From positions 1,792-65,791 of the forward strand of contig JAFOCD010000081.1 in NCBI GenBank assembly GCA_017381475.1: a stretch of DNA of 64,000 nucleotides, in the 5' to 3' direction. Under the pieces are notes generated by a model. That model had not been told where the DNA came from. It searched no databases and worked only from the letters and a program-made list of their open reading frames with translations. Shown here one piece after another: positions 17,590 through 27,172 of this stretch. The position numbers were made by a program, and so were the translations under genes. The stretch's first letter is position 1. Each line of letters starts with the position of its first letter. This stretch comes from Bacteroidaceae bacterium. GTDB taxonomy: Bacteria > Bacteroidota > Bacteroidia > Bacteroidales > Bacteroidaceae.

Positions 17590-19701
17590 TTATTTTCCGC
17601 GCAACGGAATAATTTCAAAACTGTCACCCATCGGTACAATTTTGACAGCACCTGTTTTTGAGATATCCACTGCATCAACTCCCAATGCCGCGCACTCGCG
17701 CTGAATCCTCTCGCGGCTATGCCTGTAGAGCGATGCGTCGACCAGAATACACCCTGGCGGATACACCTCAACCAGTTCCTTTATCTCACCAAGAAAGCCA
17801 CGGCACAGGATTACGACATCGGTTGGAACCGAATAGAGATTCTCGCGCCATAGGTCATCGGCGACCAGGCGCACTTTCAGTCCACGATAGGTCAAAAGCC
17901 CGGCATCATGTTCAAAATGTGTACAAGAGTAGCAACTGTCAACCCATACGGGAGTGTCAAGCCTCTCGCGTTTTATGTAGGGCGACGAAGCATATTCATA
18001 TTCAGCATCAAGCTGTGGCACCGTAGAAACCAGCCAATTCTCTTCCCCGTCACCAACTATATGCAACAACGGATTCTTATTGTTATTATAGACAATTATT
18101 CCACTGCTGTCAACAACCGCACCCGACGAATACACATTGACTGCGCAAAGCACAAGCGAAGAGACTGCAACCAACCCGGTGAACCACCATTTACGCTTTA
18201 CAAGAGAATAACATAGAAACACCAGAAGCACAGCAACTGCAACCGCGCCCATAATGCCTATTGGGGGCAATGTCCACGAAGCTACAGGCAACGAAGCCAC
18301 AAGGTCTATTAAACCATTCATGGCATCTACGACGAACGCCAATGCATTTGCCACCAGTTGTTGCAACGGTTGGCAAAATGATGTTACGAGCAACAACAAT
18401 GCCAACAATATCACAACAAACGCCAAAGGTACAACAAGGATATTTGTAAGCAAAGAATATACAGGTAACTCACCAAAATGATACCACACAAACGGCAGAG
18501 TACCCACCTGCGCGGCAACAGAGAGTATGAACATATTGGCAACATAGCCATATAGACGCCCATGTTCATCAACTTTGAGAAAGCTTTGCATGTGAGGAGC
18601 AAGCAATAGTATGGAAAGTACCGCAACAAATGAGAGTTGGAAACTGACATCAAAAAGCACATGGGGCGAGAAAAGCAACATTGCAATTGCTGCAAACGAC
18701 AACGAACTGATTGGAGAACTTTCCTGCTGCAGACAGCGACCAAGGGACATAAGTGTAAACAATGTTGCAGAACGCACTACCGACGGTGTGAAGCCGGCTA
18801 CGGAGGCGAACCCCCAAAGCAAGACAACAATTACCACCTCGCGCAAGATTACAAACAGTTTTTTGCGTTCACTCAGCGGTAATAATGTAACAAGTATCAG
18901 ATAAAATATACCAAGATGAAGTCCTGAGAGCGCAAGGACATGACTTGCACCTGCTGTTGAATAGTTCTCTTTGAGTTCACGCGGGAAATCCCGTTTTTCA
19001 CCAACGGTCAAGGCCGACAGCAATGCGAGGCTTTCATCATTAAAGCCACAACGGCTGTATATATCCACCACCTTGCTACGCAGTTCAAGAGCACGCATTG
19101 GGATTGTCTTGCGACCGCTATCACGAGTCCAGCATTCGTCGCGCAAGAAAGCGGAGCCAGTTATCCCTTTTACATAACAATATGCTTCATTATCAAATTC
19201 TGCAGGATTACCGGCATTGCTCGGTGCACGCATCTCGCCCTCAAAACACACCACATCACCAACGACAAGAGCATCGGCATCGACAGAGCGTGTAAAATAG
19301 AGATACGCCTCACCACTCTTGCGCGCACCGGGTGGCAAGACGGTATCGACCGCCACCACATTGGCAAGTACCTTGGTTGTTGTTCCGCGATGATCGGGAG
19401 TCTCCAACAATTGTGCCTCATACCGATGTTTGCCACTTGCCCACCCGGGCTTCATCTCCTCGCGTTGTTTACTCTCGACGAAAGCGCCGGTTGCAAACAT
19501 AAAGAATACAGCACCAATGCCAAACAGCCATTTGGGTGCACCGTGCCACATGCCGAACAGCATTATAAAGAGCGGAACCGCTACCAATGACAGCAGTTGC
19601 GGCATGGAGAAGCCGACATACCACGAAACAGCCACACCGAACATCATCGGCATGGCCAATTTCATTAAGGGATTACCTTTAAAAAGTTGATTGCCCGTCA
19701 C
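17590..19701 (-). CDS. comEC: ComEC/Rec2 family DNA internalization channel protein
   Basis: 703 aa, polytopic. The segment GASHVLALSGLHLGIFY is the conserved competence-domain motif. Confidence 0.8.
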   Translation of the reverse strand: MTGNQLFKGNPLMKLAMPMMFGVAVSWYVGFSMPQLLSLVAVPLFIMLFGMWHGAPKWLFGIGAVFFMFATGAFVESKQREEMKPGWASGKHRYEAQLLETPDHRGTTTKVLANVVAVDTVLPPGARKSGEAYLYFTRSVDADALVVGDVVCFEGEMRAPSNAGNPAEFDNEAYCYVKGITGSAFLRDECWTRDSGRKTIPMRALELRSKVVDIYSRCGFNDESLALLSALTVGEKRDFPRELKENYSTAGASHVLALSGLHLGIFYLILVTLLPLSERKKLFVILREVVIVVLLWGFASVAGFTPSVVRSATLFTLMSLGRCLQQESSPISSLSFAAIAMLLFSPHVLFDVSFQLSFVAVLSILLLAPHMQSFLKVDEHGRLYGYVANMFILSVAAQVGTLPFVWYHFGELPVYSLLTNILVVPLAFVVILLALLLLVTSFCQPLQQLVANALAFVVDAMNGLIDLVASLPVASWTLPPIGIMGAVAVAVLLVFLCYSLVKRKWWFTGLVAVSSLVLCAVNVYSSGAVVDSSGIIVYNNNKNPLLHIVGDGEENWLVSTVPQLDAEYEYASSPYIKRERLDTPVWVDSCYSCTHFEHDAGLLTYRGLKVRLVADDLWRENLYSVPTDVVILCRGFLGEIKELVEVYPPGCILVDASLYRHSRERIQRECAALGVDAVDISKTGAVKIVPMGDSFEIIPLRGK

Positions 19702-19707
19702 CGTCTA

Positions 19708-20358
19708 TCAGAGAGCACGCAATGCAGAAATGACACCATGGGGATCGGCATCCCTGAACACCGCATTACCGGCAACAAGTGCATCGGAACCTGCAGCAGC
19801 AAGCAATTTGCCGGTCTCTACATTCACACCACCGTCGACCTCTATGAGAGCCTTTGAGCCGGTAGAATCAATGAGTTCGCGCAGCTCACGCACCTTGTTC
19901 ACTGTGTGAGGAATGAACTTCTGGCCACCGAAGCCAGGGTTAACACTCATGAGCAAAACCAGGTCAAGTTCATGGATAATATCCTTGAGAAGATGCACCG
20001 GGGTCGATGGGTTCAGGGTAACACCGGCCATCATGCCGGCATCCTTTATCTGTGTAACGGCACGGTGCAGATGGGTGCATGCCTCGTAGTGGATGTTCAT
20101 TATACGGGCATTCAGTTCCTTCACTGCAGGCAGATAGTTCATGGGCTCAACCACCATCAGGTGTACATCGAGCGGCTTCTCGCACAACTCAGCAACATAC
20201 TTGAGCACAGGAGGGCCGAATGAAAGGTTAGGAACGAACACGCCGTCCATGATATCAATGTGCAGCCACTCGCATGCGCTGCTGTTAATCATCTTCAAAT
20301 CCTCTTGTAGGTTGCCGAAATTCGCCGACAACAACGATGGTGATACAATCTGTGCCAT
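19708..20358 (-). CDS. rpe: Ribulose-phosphate 3-epimerase
   Basis: 216 aa. SPSLLSANFGNL...LHIDIMDGVFVPN...MSVNPGFGGQKF is canonical. Confidence 0.95.
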   Translation of the reverse strand: MAQIVSPSLLSANFGNLQEDLKMINSSACEWLHIDIMDGVFVPNLSFGPPVLKYVAELCEKPLDVHLMVVEPMNYLPAVKELNARIMNIHYEACTHLHRAVTQIKDAGMMAGVTLNPSTPVHLLKDIIHELDLVLLMSVNPGFGGQKFIPHTVNKVRELRELIDSTGSKALIEVDGGVNVETGKLLAAAGSDALVAGNAVFRDADPHGVISALRAL

Positions 20359-20449
20359 ATTTTATTATTTTATACCGCGAAGATAGTACAAAGCGTGTGG
20401 AAATGCAAAACTAAAACCACAAAAGTGCCGGGCAGCACCCGTGCACTGG

Positions 20450-22012
20450 TCAACTACCAAGGAAGTTGCCATCGGTATCGTAATAATGACGCGTCACAGA
20501 GTTGTCATCGTTTTCCAATTCGCACACGAATATGCCCATGTCACGATGGTACAGAATATCATCATACCTAGCCTTCACAACGACATTGCCCGTGGCATCA
20601 TAAACGCCACACTTCATATTCCGTTTCTCAACAAGAAAGAACCCGCCCCCCAAATGAACGATTTTATCATAGGCACATTTCAACACCTTTTTTCCATTTT
20701 TGTCATAAAGCCCACACTTGCACCTCTTCCGCGTACACCTGTAAGCGATAAACATTTCGTCGTCTGGTATCAGCACCTCATCATATCTGCACGGAACAAT
20801 AGTCTTGCCAGTCACATCGACAATGCCATATTTTTCCCCGAGCATTCCCTCCTTACAGACCTCAAGCAGACAGCCGCGATGCTGGAGCACATCATCATAC
20901 CCGCACGGAACGACCATATTCCCAGCTATGTCAATACATCCATACTTGTCATCAATGCCCACAACAGCAAACCCATCAATAAAATCCTCGGCATAATCAT
21001 ACACAAAAGGAATAGCACAATTGTTATCCTTGTCTATAAATCCCCATTTACCATTATGTTCCACAGCTGCATGCTCATCACTAAAACCTCTCGCGCAATC
21101 ATACATAAAAGGTATAATCTCCTTGCCGTCCTTGCCAATAAAACCCCACTTGCCATCCTTTTTCAAAAGCAGCATACCGTCATAAGCCACACGATGACCA
21201 TCATATATGCAAGGTATAACCTCCCTGCCCCGCTTATCGACATATCCAATCTTACCATCCGCTTTCACCCTGGCCATGCCGTCATCGAAAGTAGAGAGAG
21301 AAAGATCGTATTTACCGCGTGGCAAAACCTCGTTGCCTTGCTTGTCAATCGCAGCCCATAGCTCAGTTTCCCCTTCACGAACATAAACACGCGCAAGACC
21401 ATCATTGAATGCAAAAGCCCCATCATATATATATGGAACAACCTCTTTACCCTGTTTGTCAACATAGCCGAACTTACCGTTTTCCAAACCTCCGATATGA
21501 GCCACAGCAACCCCTTCGGAGAAATTAAGTTCGCAATCATATACACAGGCAATAACTTTATTGCCTTCCCCATTGATTACTCCCCATTTACCATTAAGGC
21601 ACACCGATGCCAGACCATTATCAAACCTCGAAACATCATCATATATGCATGGCACGACTACCTTGGCTTCTTTATCAATAAATCCATATTTTCCATTCAA
21701 TTTAACCGAAGCATACCCATCGTAAAAATCAAAGATATAATCGTACATACAAGGAGCCACCTCATTGCCGGAAAAGTCAATCAATCCCCATTTTTCCGTT
21801 TCAGCACCAAGTACCTGCACGAAAGGATTATGCCCATAATAATCGATTCGTATATATTTACGGGCAAGTTCCAACCGTTTTTCCATTGACAGTTCCAACA
21901 AAGGGCTCTTGGCATTGGGATTATACAGACGCGTATCATTTGCGCCATATCCGCAAACGACAGAAAACAAGCAAAAGAGCACGTACAGTAATGCGAATTT
22001 ATATTTCCTCAT
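20450..22012 (-). CDS. WG-repeat (KWG) beta-propeller-like secreted protein
   Basis: There are about 12 tandem units of the form GKWGFIDKxGKEVIPxxYD (e.g. GKYGFIDKEAKVV, GKWGVINGEGNKV, GKIGYVDKRGREV). A signal-like N-terminus begins at MRKYKFALLYVLFCLFSVV. The alternative upstream start is at 22036. Confidence 0.8.
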   Translation of the reverse strand: MRKYKFALLYVLFCLFSVVCGYGANDTRLYNPNAKSPLLELSMEKRLELARKYIRIDYYGHNPFVQVLGAETEKWGLIDFSGNEVAPCMYDYIFDFYDGYASVKLNGKYGFIDKEAKVVVPCIYDDVSRFDNGLASVCLNGKWGVINGEGNKVIACVYDCELNFSEGVAVAHIGGLENGKFGYVDKQGKEVVPYIYDGAFAFNDGLARVYVREGETELWAAIDKQGNEVLPRGKYDLSLSTFDDGMARVKADGKIGYVDKRGREVIPCIYDGHRVAYDGMLLLKKDGKWGFIGKDGKEIIPFMYDCARGFSDEHAAVEHNGKWGFIDKDNNCAIPFVYDYAEDFIDGFAVVGIDDKYGCIDIAGNMVVPCGYDDVLQHRGCLLEVCKEGMLGEKYGIVDVTGKTIVPCRYDEVLIPDDEMFIAYRCTRKRCKCGLYDKNGKKVLKCAYDKIVHLGGGFFLVEKRNMKCGVYDATGNVVVKARYDDILYHRDMGIFVCELENDDNSVTRHYYDTDGNFLGS

Positions 22013-22160
22013 AACAAGAAGATAAGAACTATGCAAAAATAGAATATCAAAGGAACAAAAGCAAACAAAAGGGCATTTTCTGTCCCACTGTACATACCTG
22101 TTGATTTTATGACGGAATTTTACTTAATTTGCAGATAGAAATAAAAAATAACAATATACC

Positions 22161-24230
22161 ATGAACAAGAAGATTCTATTTCTGACACTGATGCTTTTTG
22201 CAGGCATATCATCAGCTAATGCACAGGAGATTTTCTCAAAGGCATTCAAGAAAGGCGCACCTGTACACATATCCAACAACCGCGACAAGGCATTTGCCAT
22301 TAAGGCCGGCGAGGCTGGCAAGGATGCAAAGAGCGGCAAGGCTGCATATACAGCCGATGAGATTTGGTATCTTGTTGGTGATGCCGACGGATTCAAGATG
22401 TACAACCACGCACTGGGTAAAAAATATGCCTTGAAACTGGAGGGGAACACAAGCGGTGCAGCTGCAATGATGACAGATGAGAAGGAAGCAACGATACTCA
22501 CCATCACACAACAGAGCGATGGCAGCTATGCCATTTCGCCAAAAGCAGCACCCGAACAGAGCTTCAACATGTTCGGCGGTGCCGGCAAGGATATAAAACT
22601 CTATTCAAGCAGCGACAACGGCGGTCATTGGAATTTCAAGCCACTTGACATGAGCCGCACACTTGAGATTGAATACAACGCAGACTGCGAAGGTGCGCTC
22701 GAGACCAACTACAAGGTTGGTGAGATTGCCATTTCCATCGACGGACAGGCAGGAGCCATTATTGTTGACCGCAACAACATCCCCAAGAGCACAGTGTGCT
22801 ACTTGCCAAAGGATGCAAAAGTAGGCATATCGTGCAAGAAGGCATACCACGGATGGAAGATGAACGTGAACGGCAGCGAGGAGATTGCCGAGCAGCCGCT
22901 GCCCGAGAACGGCATGAAGGTTGCAATCAACATCACAGCCGACAAAGAGAACCGTTACCAATACCTCTACTACTCGCCCGATGAAAAGGGAGTACCCTAC
23001 CGCATACCTGCTATTACAACAACAGCCAACGGCTATGTATTCGCAATCAACGACTACCGTCCATGTGGCAACGACATCGGCTTTGGCGAAGTTGACCTTG
23101 TGATGCGCTACAGCACAAAGGCAGGCAAGGAGTGGGACGGAACATCATGGACCGAGCCTGTGAAGATTGCCGACGGCGTTGGCAAGGAAGCAGCAGAGAC
23201 ATGGCTTACAGGATTCGGCGACCCTGCGATTGTTGCCGACCGCGAGCGCAACGAGATTCTCGTTATGAGCGTGTGCGGTAACCGTCTGTGCTGGCACGGC
23301 AACTACGGTGCAGGTACCCAGGAGAACCCCGAGAACCCCAACCGCATGGCACGCCTACGCATCATATTCAACGAAGAGACCGGGGAATGGGAGGCAACAG
23401 AACCCGAGGAGGTGACATACGACATTTACCCACTGTTCAAAGACAAGGACGGCAAGGCACATGTAGGCTCAATGTTCATCGGTGCAGGCCGCATGGCTCA
23501 GAGCAGCATGATAAAGATAGGCGACTACTACCGCATATACTGCGCTGTGTGGGCTGTTGAGACAGGCAGCTACCGCCACCACAACTACGCGCTATACTCC
23601 GACGACTTCGGAAAGACATGGAATCTTTTGGGCGAACTTGGCAATGACTTCAACGACAGCCCTGCCCCCTACGGCAACGAGCCAAAGTGCGAGGAACTGC
23701 CTGACGGTAGCGTACTGCTCAGCAGCCGCAAGGGCTATGGCCGTTACTTCAACGTGTTCCACTACACGAACTTTGAGAAAGCCGAGGGCTATTGGGACGG
23801 TGCTGTTGCAACCGACCAGGTGGGCAACCTGAAGTTCGGCAGTAACGACACCAACGGCGAGCCATTGCGCATTGGCAATGTACTGTTCCAGTCGGTACCG
23901 ACAGGCAACAACCGCAGCGGCGTGTCAATTTTCTACAAGGTGCTTGCAGACGACCCTGCTACATACACCCCGACCGAACTCTCAAATGGCTGGACTAAGA
24001 TTCAGATAACCGACCGCGAATCGGCATACTCATCAATGTGCATCCTGCCTGACGGCAACATAGGCCTCTACTACGAAGAAGAGCCGGGTGGCTACTCAAT
24101 GGTATATGTACCTGTTGAACTGGACAAGACTCTCGACTCTATGACATACAGCGACCTGCCGTTCCGTTGCAATACCTGCAAGAAAGGTATGGAGGCAAAA
24201 ACCATAGTCCTTCTTATTGATGATATGTAG
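22161..24230 (+). CDS. Exo-alpha-sialidase (GH33) with N-terminal accessory domain
   Basis: 689 aa. It has a signal peptide (MNKKILFLTLMLFAGISSANAQ), the RIP motif (YRIPAITTT) and an Asp-box (SDDFGKTW). About 250 aa precede the catalytic propeller. Confidence 0.8.
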   Translation: MNKKILFLTLMLFAGISSANAQEIFSKAFKKGAPVHISNNRDKAFAIKAGEAGKDAKSGKAAYTADEIWYLVGDADGFKMYNHALGKKYALKLEGNTSGAAAMMTDEKEATILTITQQSDGSYAISPKAAPEQSFNMFGGAGKDIKLYSSSDNGGHWNFKPLDMSRTLEIEYNADCEGALETNYKVGEIAISIDGQAGAIIVDRNNIPKSTVCYLPKDAKVGISCKKAYHGWKMNVNGSEEIAEQPLPENGMKVAINITADKENRYQYLYYSPDEKGVPYRIPAITTTANGYVFAINDYRPCGNDIGFGEVDLVMRYSTKAGKEWDGTSWTEPVKIADGVGKEAAETWLTGFGDPAIVADRERNEILVMSVCGNRLCWHGNYGAGTQENPENPNRMARLRIIFNEETGEWEATEPEEVTYDIYPLFKDKDGKAHVGSMFIGAGRMAQSSMIKIGDYYRIYCAVWAVETGSYRHHNYALYSDDFGKTWNLLGELGNDFNDSPAPYGNEPKCEELPDGSVLLSSRKGYGRYFNVFHYTNFEKAEGYWDGAVATDQVGNLKFGSNDTNGEPLRIGNVLFQSVPTGNNRSGVSIFYKVLADDPATYTPTELSNGWTKIQITDRESAYSSMCILPDGNIGLYYEEEPGGYSMVYVPVELDKTLDSMTYSDLPFRCNTCKKGMEAKTIVLLIDDM

Positions 24231-24242
24231 AAGAATAAGCAA

Positions 24243-24275
24243 AAGAGGGGTTCACTTCACTGGCGAGCCCCTCTT
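24243..24275. terminator. Hairpin terminator between convergent sialidase and kinase genes
   Basis: aagagggg (24243-24250) pairs with cccctctt (24268-24275) around a 17-nt loop, and T-rich sequence follows. Confidence 0.6.
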
Positions 24276-24280
24276 CTTTT

Positions 24281-25540
24281 CTATCTCTGCAGTTTAAATA
24301 CAAACTCCAACCCACCACCGGCAGCATTACGCACGGAAATTGTACCGCCGTGCAGAGCTACTGCGTTCTTCACAATGGCAAGACCAAGACCCGTGCCGCC
24401 CAACTTGCGGCTGCGTCCCTTATCCACGCGATAGAAACGCTCGAACAGGCGTGCAAGATGTTCCTCGGGGACACCTGCTCCATTATCGGCAAAACTGAAA
24501 TAATAGAACTGCTCATCGCTCCTGAAACATGATATGGTAATTACCGCGCCCTCTCCGGCATAAGAGATAGCATTATCGGTCAAATTGCGGAATATTGAAT
24601 AGAGCATTGACGGGTCACCTGTGAGCAGAAGTCTTTCGGGCAGGTTATTGACAACCAACATCTTCTGCTCGCCAATCTTGTTGGCAACCTCGAGAAGTAT
24701 TCCCGAAACAATGGGCGACAGGTCAACCGGTTCCATCTTGGCACGCTGCACGCCGTTCATGTCGTTGAGCTGTGATATATCCTGCACAAGGCTGTTGAGC
24801 CTGTTGCTCTGCGAGTAGCAGCGTTCAAGGAAATGCCTCATCTGCTCTTCGCTCATGTTACCGGGATAGTTGTTTATTATAGTCTCAAGATACCCCTGTA
24901 TGCTGCACACCGGTGTCTTGAACTCATGCGCCACATTCTGTGTCAGCTGCCTCTTGAGCCTTGACTGCTCCTCGGCTGCAGTTATGTCATTTATCGAAAT
25001 CTCAAAGCCATTGTCACTGAAGAGCACACAACGCAGGGCAAAGACACGCCCCGAGACCTCGATATTGTCCGATGCAAAATCCTCGCGCACACTATTGTTC
25101 TTGTAACCGCCGTTATCAATAAAGCGTTCAATCTTTCTAAGTTCGGGCAATCCAAGGATATCACCTGCATTCTCAAGATGCGACGGCGAGATAAAATCGG
25201 CATATTCACTGAAGAGTTGATTGGCAAAGACAACACGGCGTCTTGAATCGAACACGGCTATACCTTCTTGGGCAATGCTTAGATGTTGCAAGAGTTTTTT
25301 TGTAGCGAAATCGGAACTGCCGGCATATCTCATCAGGCGGTAGAGAAGCCACAACACTGCCACTATTATTGCAGCGGCAAAAACCATGATAGCCACAACG
25401 CCAGCCGTACCGCCAAGCCTGTTCTCCATATGCAGACCCACCTCGTAGTGGTAGTACATGAACGCAACGGCAAAAAGCAGCAACAGCACCACTGCCGGCA
25501 CAAAGAACTTTAGGAAAAAGCGTGAAACTCCCTGTTTCAT
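24281..25540 (-). CDS. Sensor histidine kinase (PhoR-like architecture)
   Basis: It has two N-terminal TM helices, a PAS-like segment, the H-box VAHEFKTPVCSIQGYLE, and ATPase boxes (RNLTDNAISY, DNGAGV, GTGLGLAIV). The start MKQGV at 25540 gives an ATGA overlap with the response-regulator stop. Confidence 0.8.
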   Translation of the reverse strand: MKQGVSRFFLKFFVPAVVLLLLFAVAFMYYHYEVGLHMENRLGGTAGVVAIMVFAAAIIVAVLWLLYRLMRYAGSSDFATKKLLQHLSIAQEGIAVFDSRRRVVFANQLFSEYADFISPSHLENAGDILGLPELRKIERFIDNGGYKNNSVREDFASDNIEVSGRVFALRCVLFSDNGFEISINDITAAEEQSRLKRQLTQNVAHEFKTPVCSIQGYLETIINNYPGNMSEEQMRHFLERCYSQSNRLNSLVQDISQLNDMNGVQRAKMEPVDLSPIVSGILLEVANKIGEQKMLVVNNLPERLLLTGDPSMLYSIFRNLTDNAISYAGEGAVITISCFRSDEQFYYFSFADNGAGVPEEHLARLFERFYRVDKGRSRKLGGTGLGLAIVKNAVALHGGTISVRNAAGGGLEFVFKLQR

Positions 25541-26223
25541 TCGTTTACAAAGCAATAGCCGTAACCACTACGGGAAACAATATTATTGGCATACTCGCCA
25601 AGTTTCTTCCTCAGGCGCGCCATGTTCACATCTATGCTGCGTTCAAGGACATTGACATCGTCGGGCCACACATTGGCCAGTATTTCCTCGCGCGAGTAGA
25701 CCCTGCCCGGACGTTTCATGAGCATATACAGGACCTCGAACTCCTTTTTTGTGAGCGAGATATCCACTCCTGTGACATAAGCTCGCCTTGCTTCTACATT
25801 GAGTACCAGTTCCTTGAATGTGAGATTATCATTGGACACCTCCTCTACCGCAGGCTTTGCATTGCGGCGTATCACTGCCTTGACACGGGCTAGCACCTCG
25901 CTTATGCGGAAAGGCTTGCATATATAGTCATCGGCACCAACATTGAAGCCGGTGAGCACATCGTTCTCGCTTGTTTTTGCGGTAATGAAAATAATGGGTA
26001 TGCGCGCGAGCGCGGCATCCTGCCTTATGCGTGTGGCAAGTGCAAAACCGCTCATGTCGTCCATCATGACATCGAGCAGCAGCAGACTATATTCTGCAAT
26101 AGGCATTTCCAAGGCCTCCTTGCCCGAATTCGCGACATCTACAGCATAACCGCTGTTCTCAAGATTGAATTTGAGGATTTCGCATATATCCATCTCGTCA
26201 TCAACGACAAGTATTCTATCCAT
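25537..26223 (-). CDS. OmpR/PhoB-family response regulator
   Basis: 228 aa. MDRILVVDDEMDICEILKFNL...LLDVMMDDMSG...ITAKT...GADDYICKPF is followed by a winged-helix domain (...VNMARLRKKL...SRSGYGY). Confidence 0.85.
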   Translation of the reverse strand: MDRILVVDDEMDICEILKFNLENSGYAVDVANSGKEALEMPIAEYSLLLLDVMMDDMSGFALATRIRQDAALARIPIIFITAKTSENDVLTGFNVGADDYICKPFRISEVLARVKAVIRRNAKPAVEEVSNDNLTFKELVLNVEARRAYVTGVDISLTKKEFEVLYMLMKRPGRVYSREEILANVWPDDVNVLERSIDVNMARLRKKLGEYANNIVSRSGYGYCFVNE

Positions 26224-26238
26224 AGCTGTCAGTCGTTT

Positions 26239-27072
26239 TTATTCAAAAGAGTGCAACAGGGAGATTTCACTAGCCCAGCAACTCTCGTCAGGTGTTTCAA
26301 GCACAATTGGCATATCGTTGAAACGGTTGTCTTTCATAAAACGCTTGAAAAAGTCAATGCCAAGCAAGCCGATACCTACACTATCGTGTCTGTCAACACG
26401 CGAACCAAGCGGTTTCTTTGTATCGTTAAGGTGTATCGCCTTGAGATACTCAAGACCTATAACACGCTCCAGTTCACCAAAAGCGCCGTCGTAATCGCCT
26501 ACAATATCATAGCCAGCCGAATAGAAGTGACAGGTGTCAATGCAGACACCGACACGACTCTTGTCCTCAATACGATCAATGATATAACGGATCTCTTCGA
26601 GTCTGTTACCTACATTGCTACCCTGGCCTGCTGTATTCTCAATAACAGCAGTTACACCACTGGTCTTTGAAAGTGCAAGATTTATACTCTCGGCAATAGT
26701 ATCAAGGCATTGTTCAACAGGAATCTTGTTCAGGTGACTACCTGGGTGGAAATTCAGCATTGTGAGACCAAGTTGCTCGCAACGTTGCATCTCATCAAGG
26801 AATGCGGCACGCGATTTCTGCAAACCCTCCTCATCGGGACTTCCAAGATTGATTAGATAGCTGTCATGCGGCAATATGTGTTTAGGGCTGAAACCACCTT
26901 TGGCGCAATTTTCCTTGAAGAGTTCTATACTTTTTGCAGTAAGTGGTGCCGACACCCACTGTCTTTGGTTCTTTGTAAAGAGCGCAAAAGCATTTGCGCC
27001 TACAGCCGTTGCATTGAGCGGAGCATTCTCGACACCACCACTTGCCGAAACATGAGGTCCTATAAATTTCAT
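26239..27072 (-). CDS. nfo: Deoxyribonuclease IV (endonuclease IV)
   Basis: [39 protein letters not shown]...HPGSH...IENTAGQG...CIDTCH...HLND matches the Nfo motifs. The start is trimmed to the ATG at 27072, 18 nt downstream of a -7 box (27090-27097). Confidence 0.9.
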   Translation of the reverse strand: MKFIGPHVSASGGVENAPLNATAVGANAFALFTKNQRQWVSAPLTAKSIELFKENCAKGGFSPKHILPHDSYLINLGSPDEEGLQKSRAAFLDEMQRCEQLGLTMLNFHPGSHLNKIPVEQCLDTIAESINLALSKTSGVTAVIENTAGQGSNVGNRLEEIRYIIDRIEDKSRVGVCIDTCHFYSAGYDIVGDYDGAFGELERVIGLEYLKAIHLNDTKKPLGSRVDRHDSVGIGLLGIDFFKRFMKDNRFNDMPIVLETPDESCWASEISLLHSFE

Positions 27073-27172
27073 ATCGTAGTTCGTTTTTGCGAAGATAGTT
27101 AAAAATATGCCGGCAAAGGCCATATTATCAAATTTTAACCCTTGCCGGCACTCTCATTAATCAATATTTGTT

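Noticed and set aside
20441-21361. Long ORFs antisense to real genes. Examples are 20441-21361 (306 aa) opposite the WG-repeat gene, 5548-6213 opposite rplI/rpsR, 7141-7833 opposite the response regulator, 15811-16461, 14852-15451, 13576-14217 and 40033-40701.
   Set aside because: Each lies fully inside a confidently identified gene on the other strand. The translations are low-complexity or Ile/His/Leu-rich with no recognisable motifs. This is typical shadow-ORF behaviour.
14267-24259. A shared 13-mer GGGGTTCACTTCA occurs in two terminator hairpins (14267-14279 and 24247-24259). It could mark a dispersed repeat family.
   Set aside because: A single 13-nt match is within chance expectation for a 64-kb window searched on both strands. 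The surrounding sequences are unrelated. It would be worth revisiting only if a genome-wide search shows many copies.
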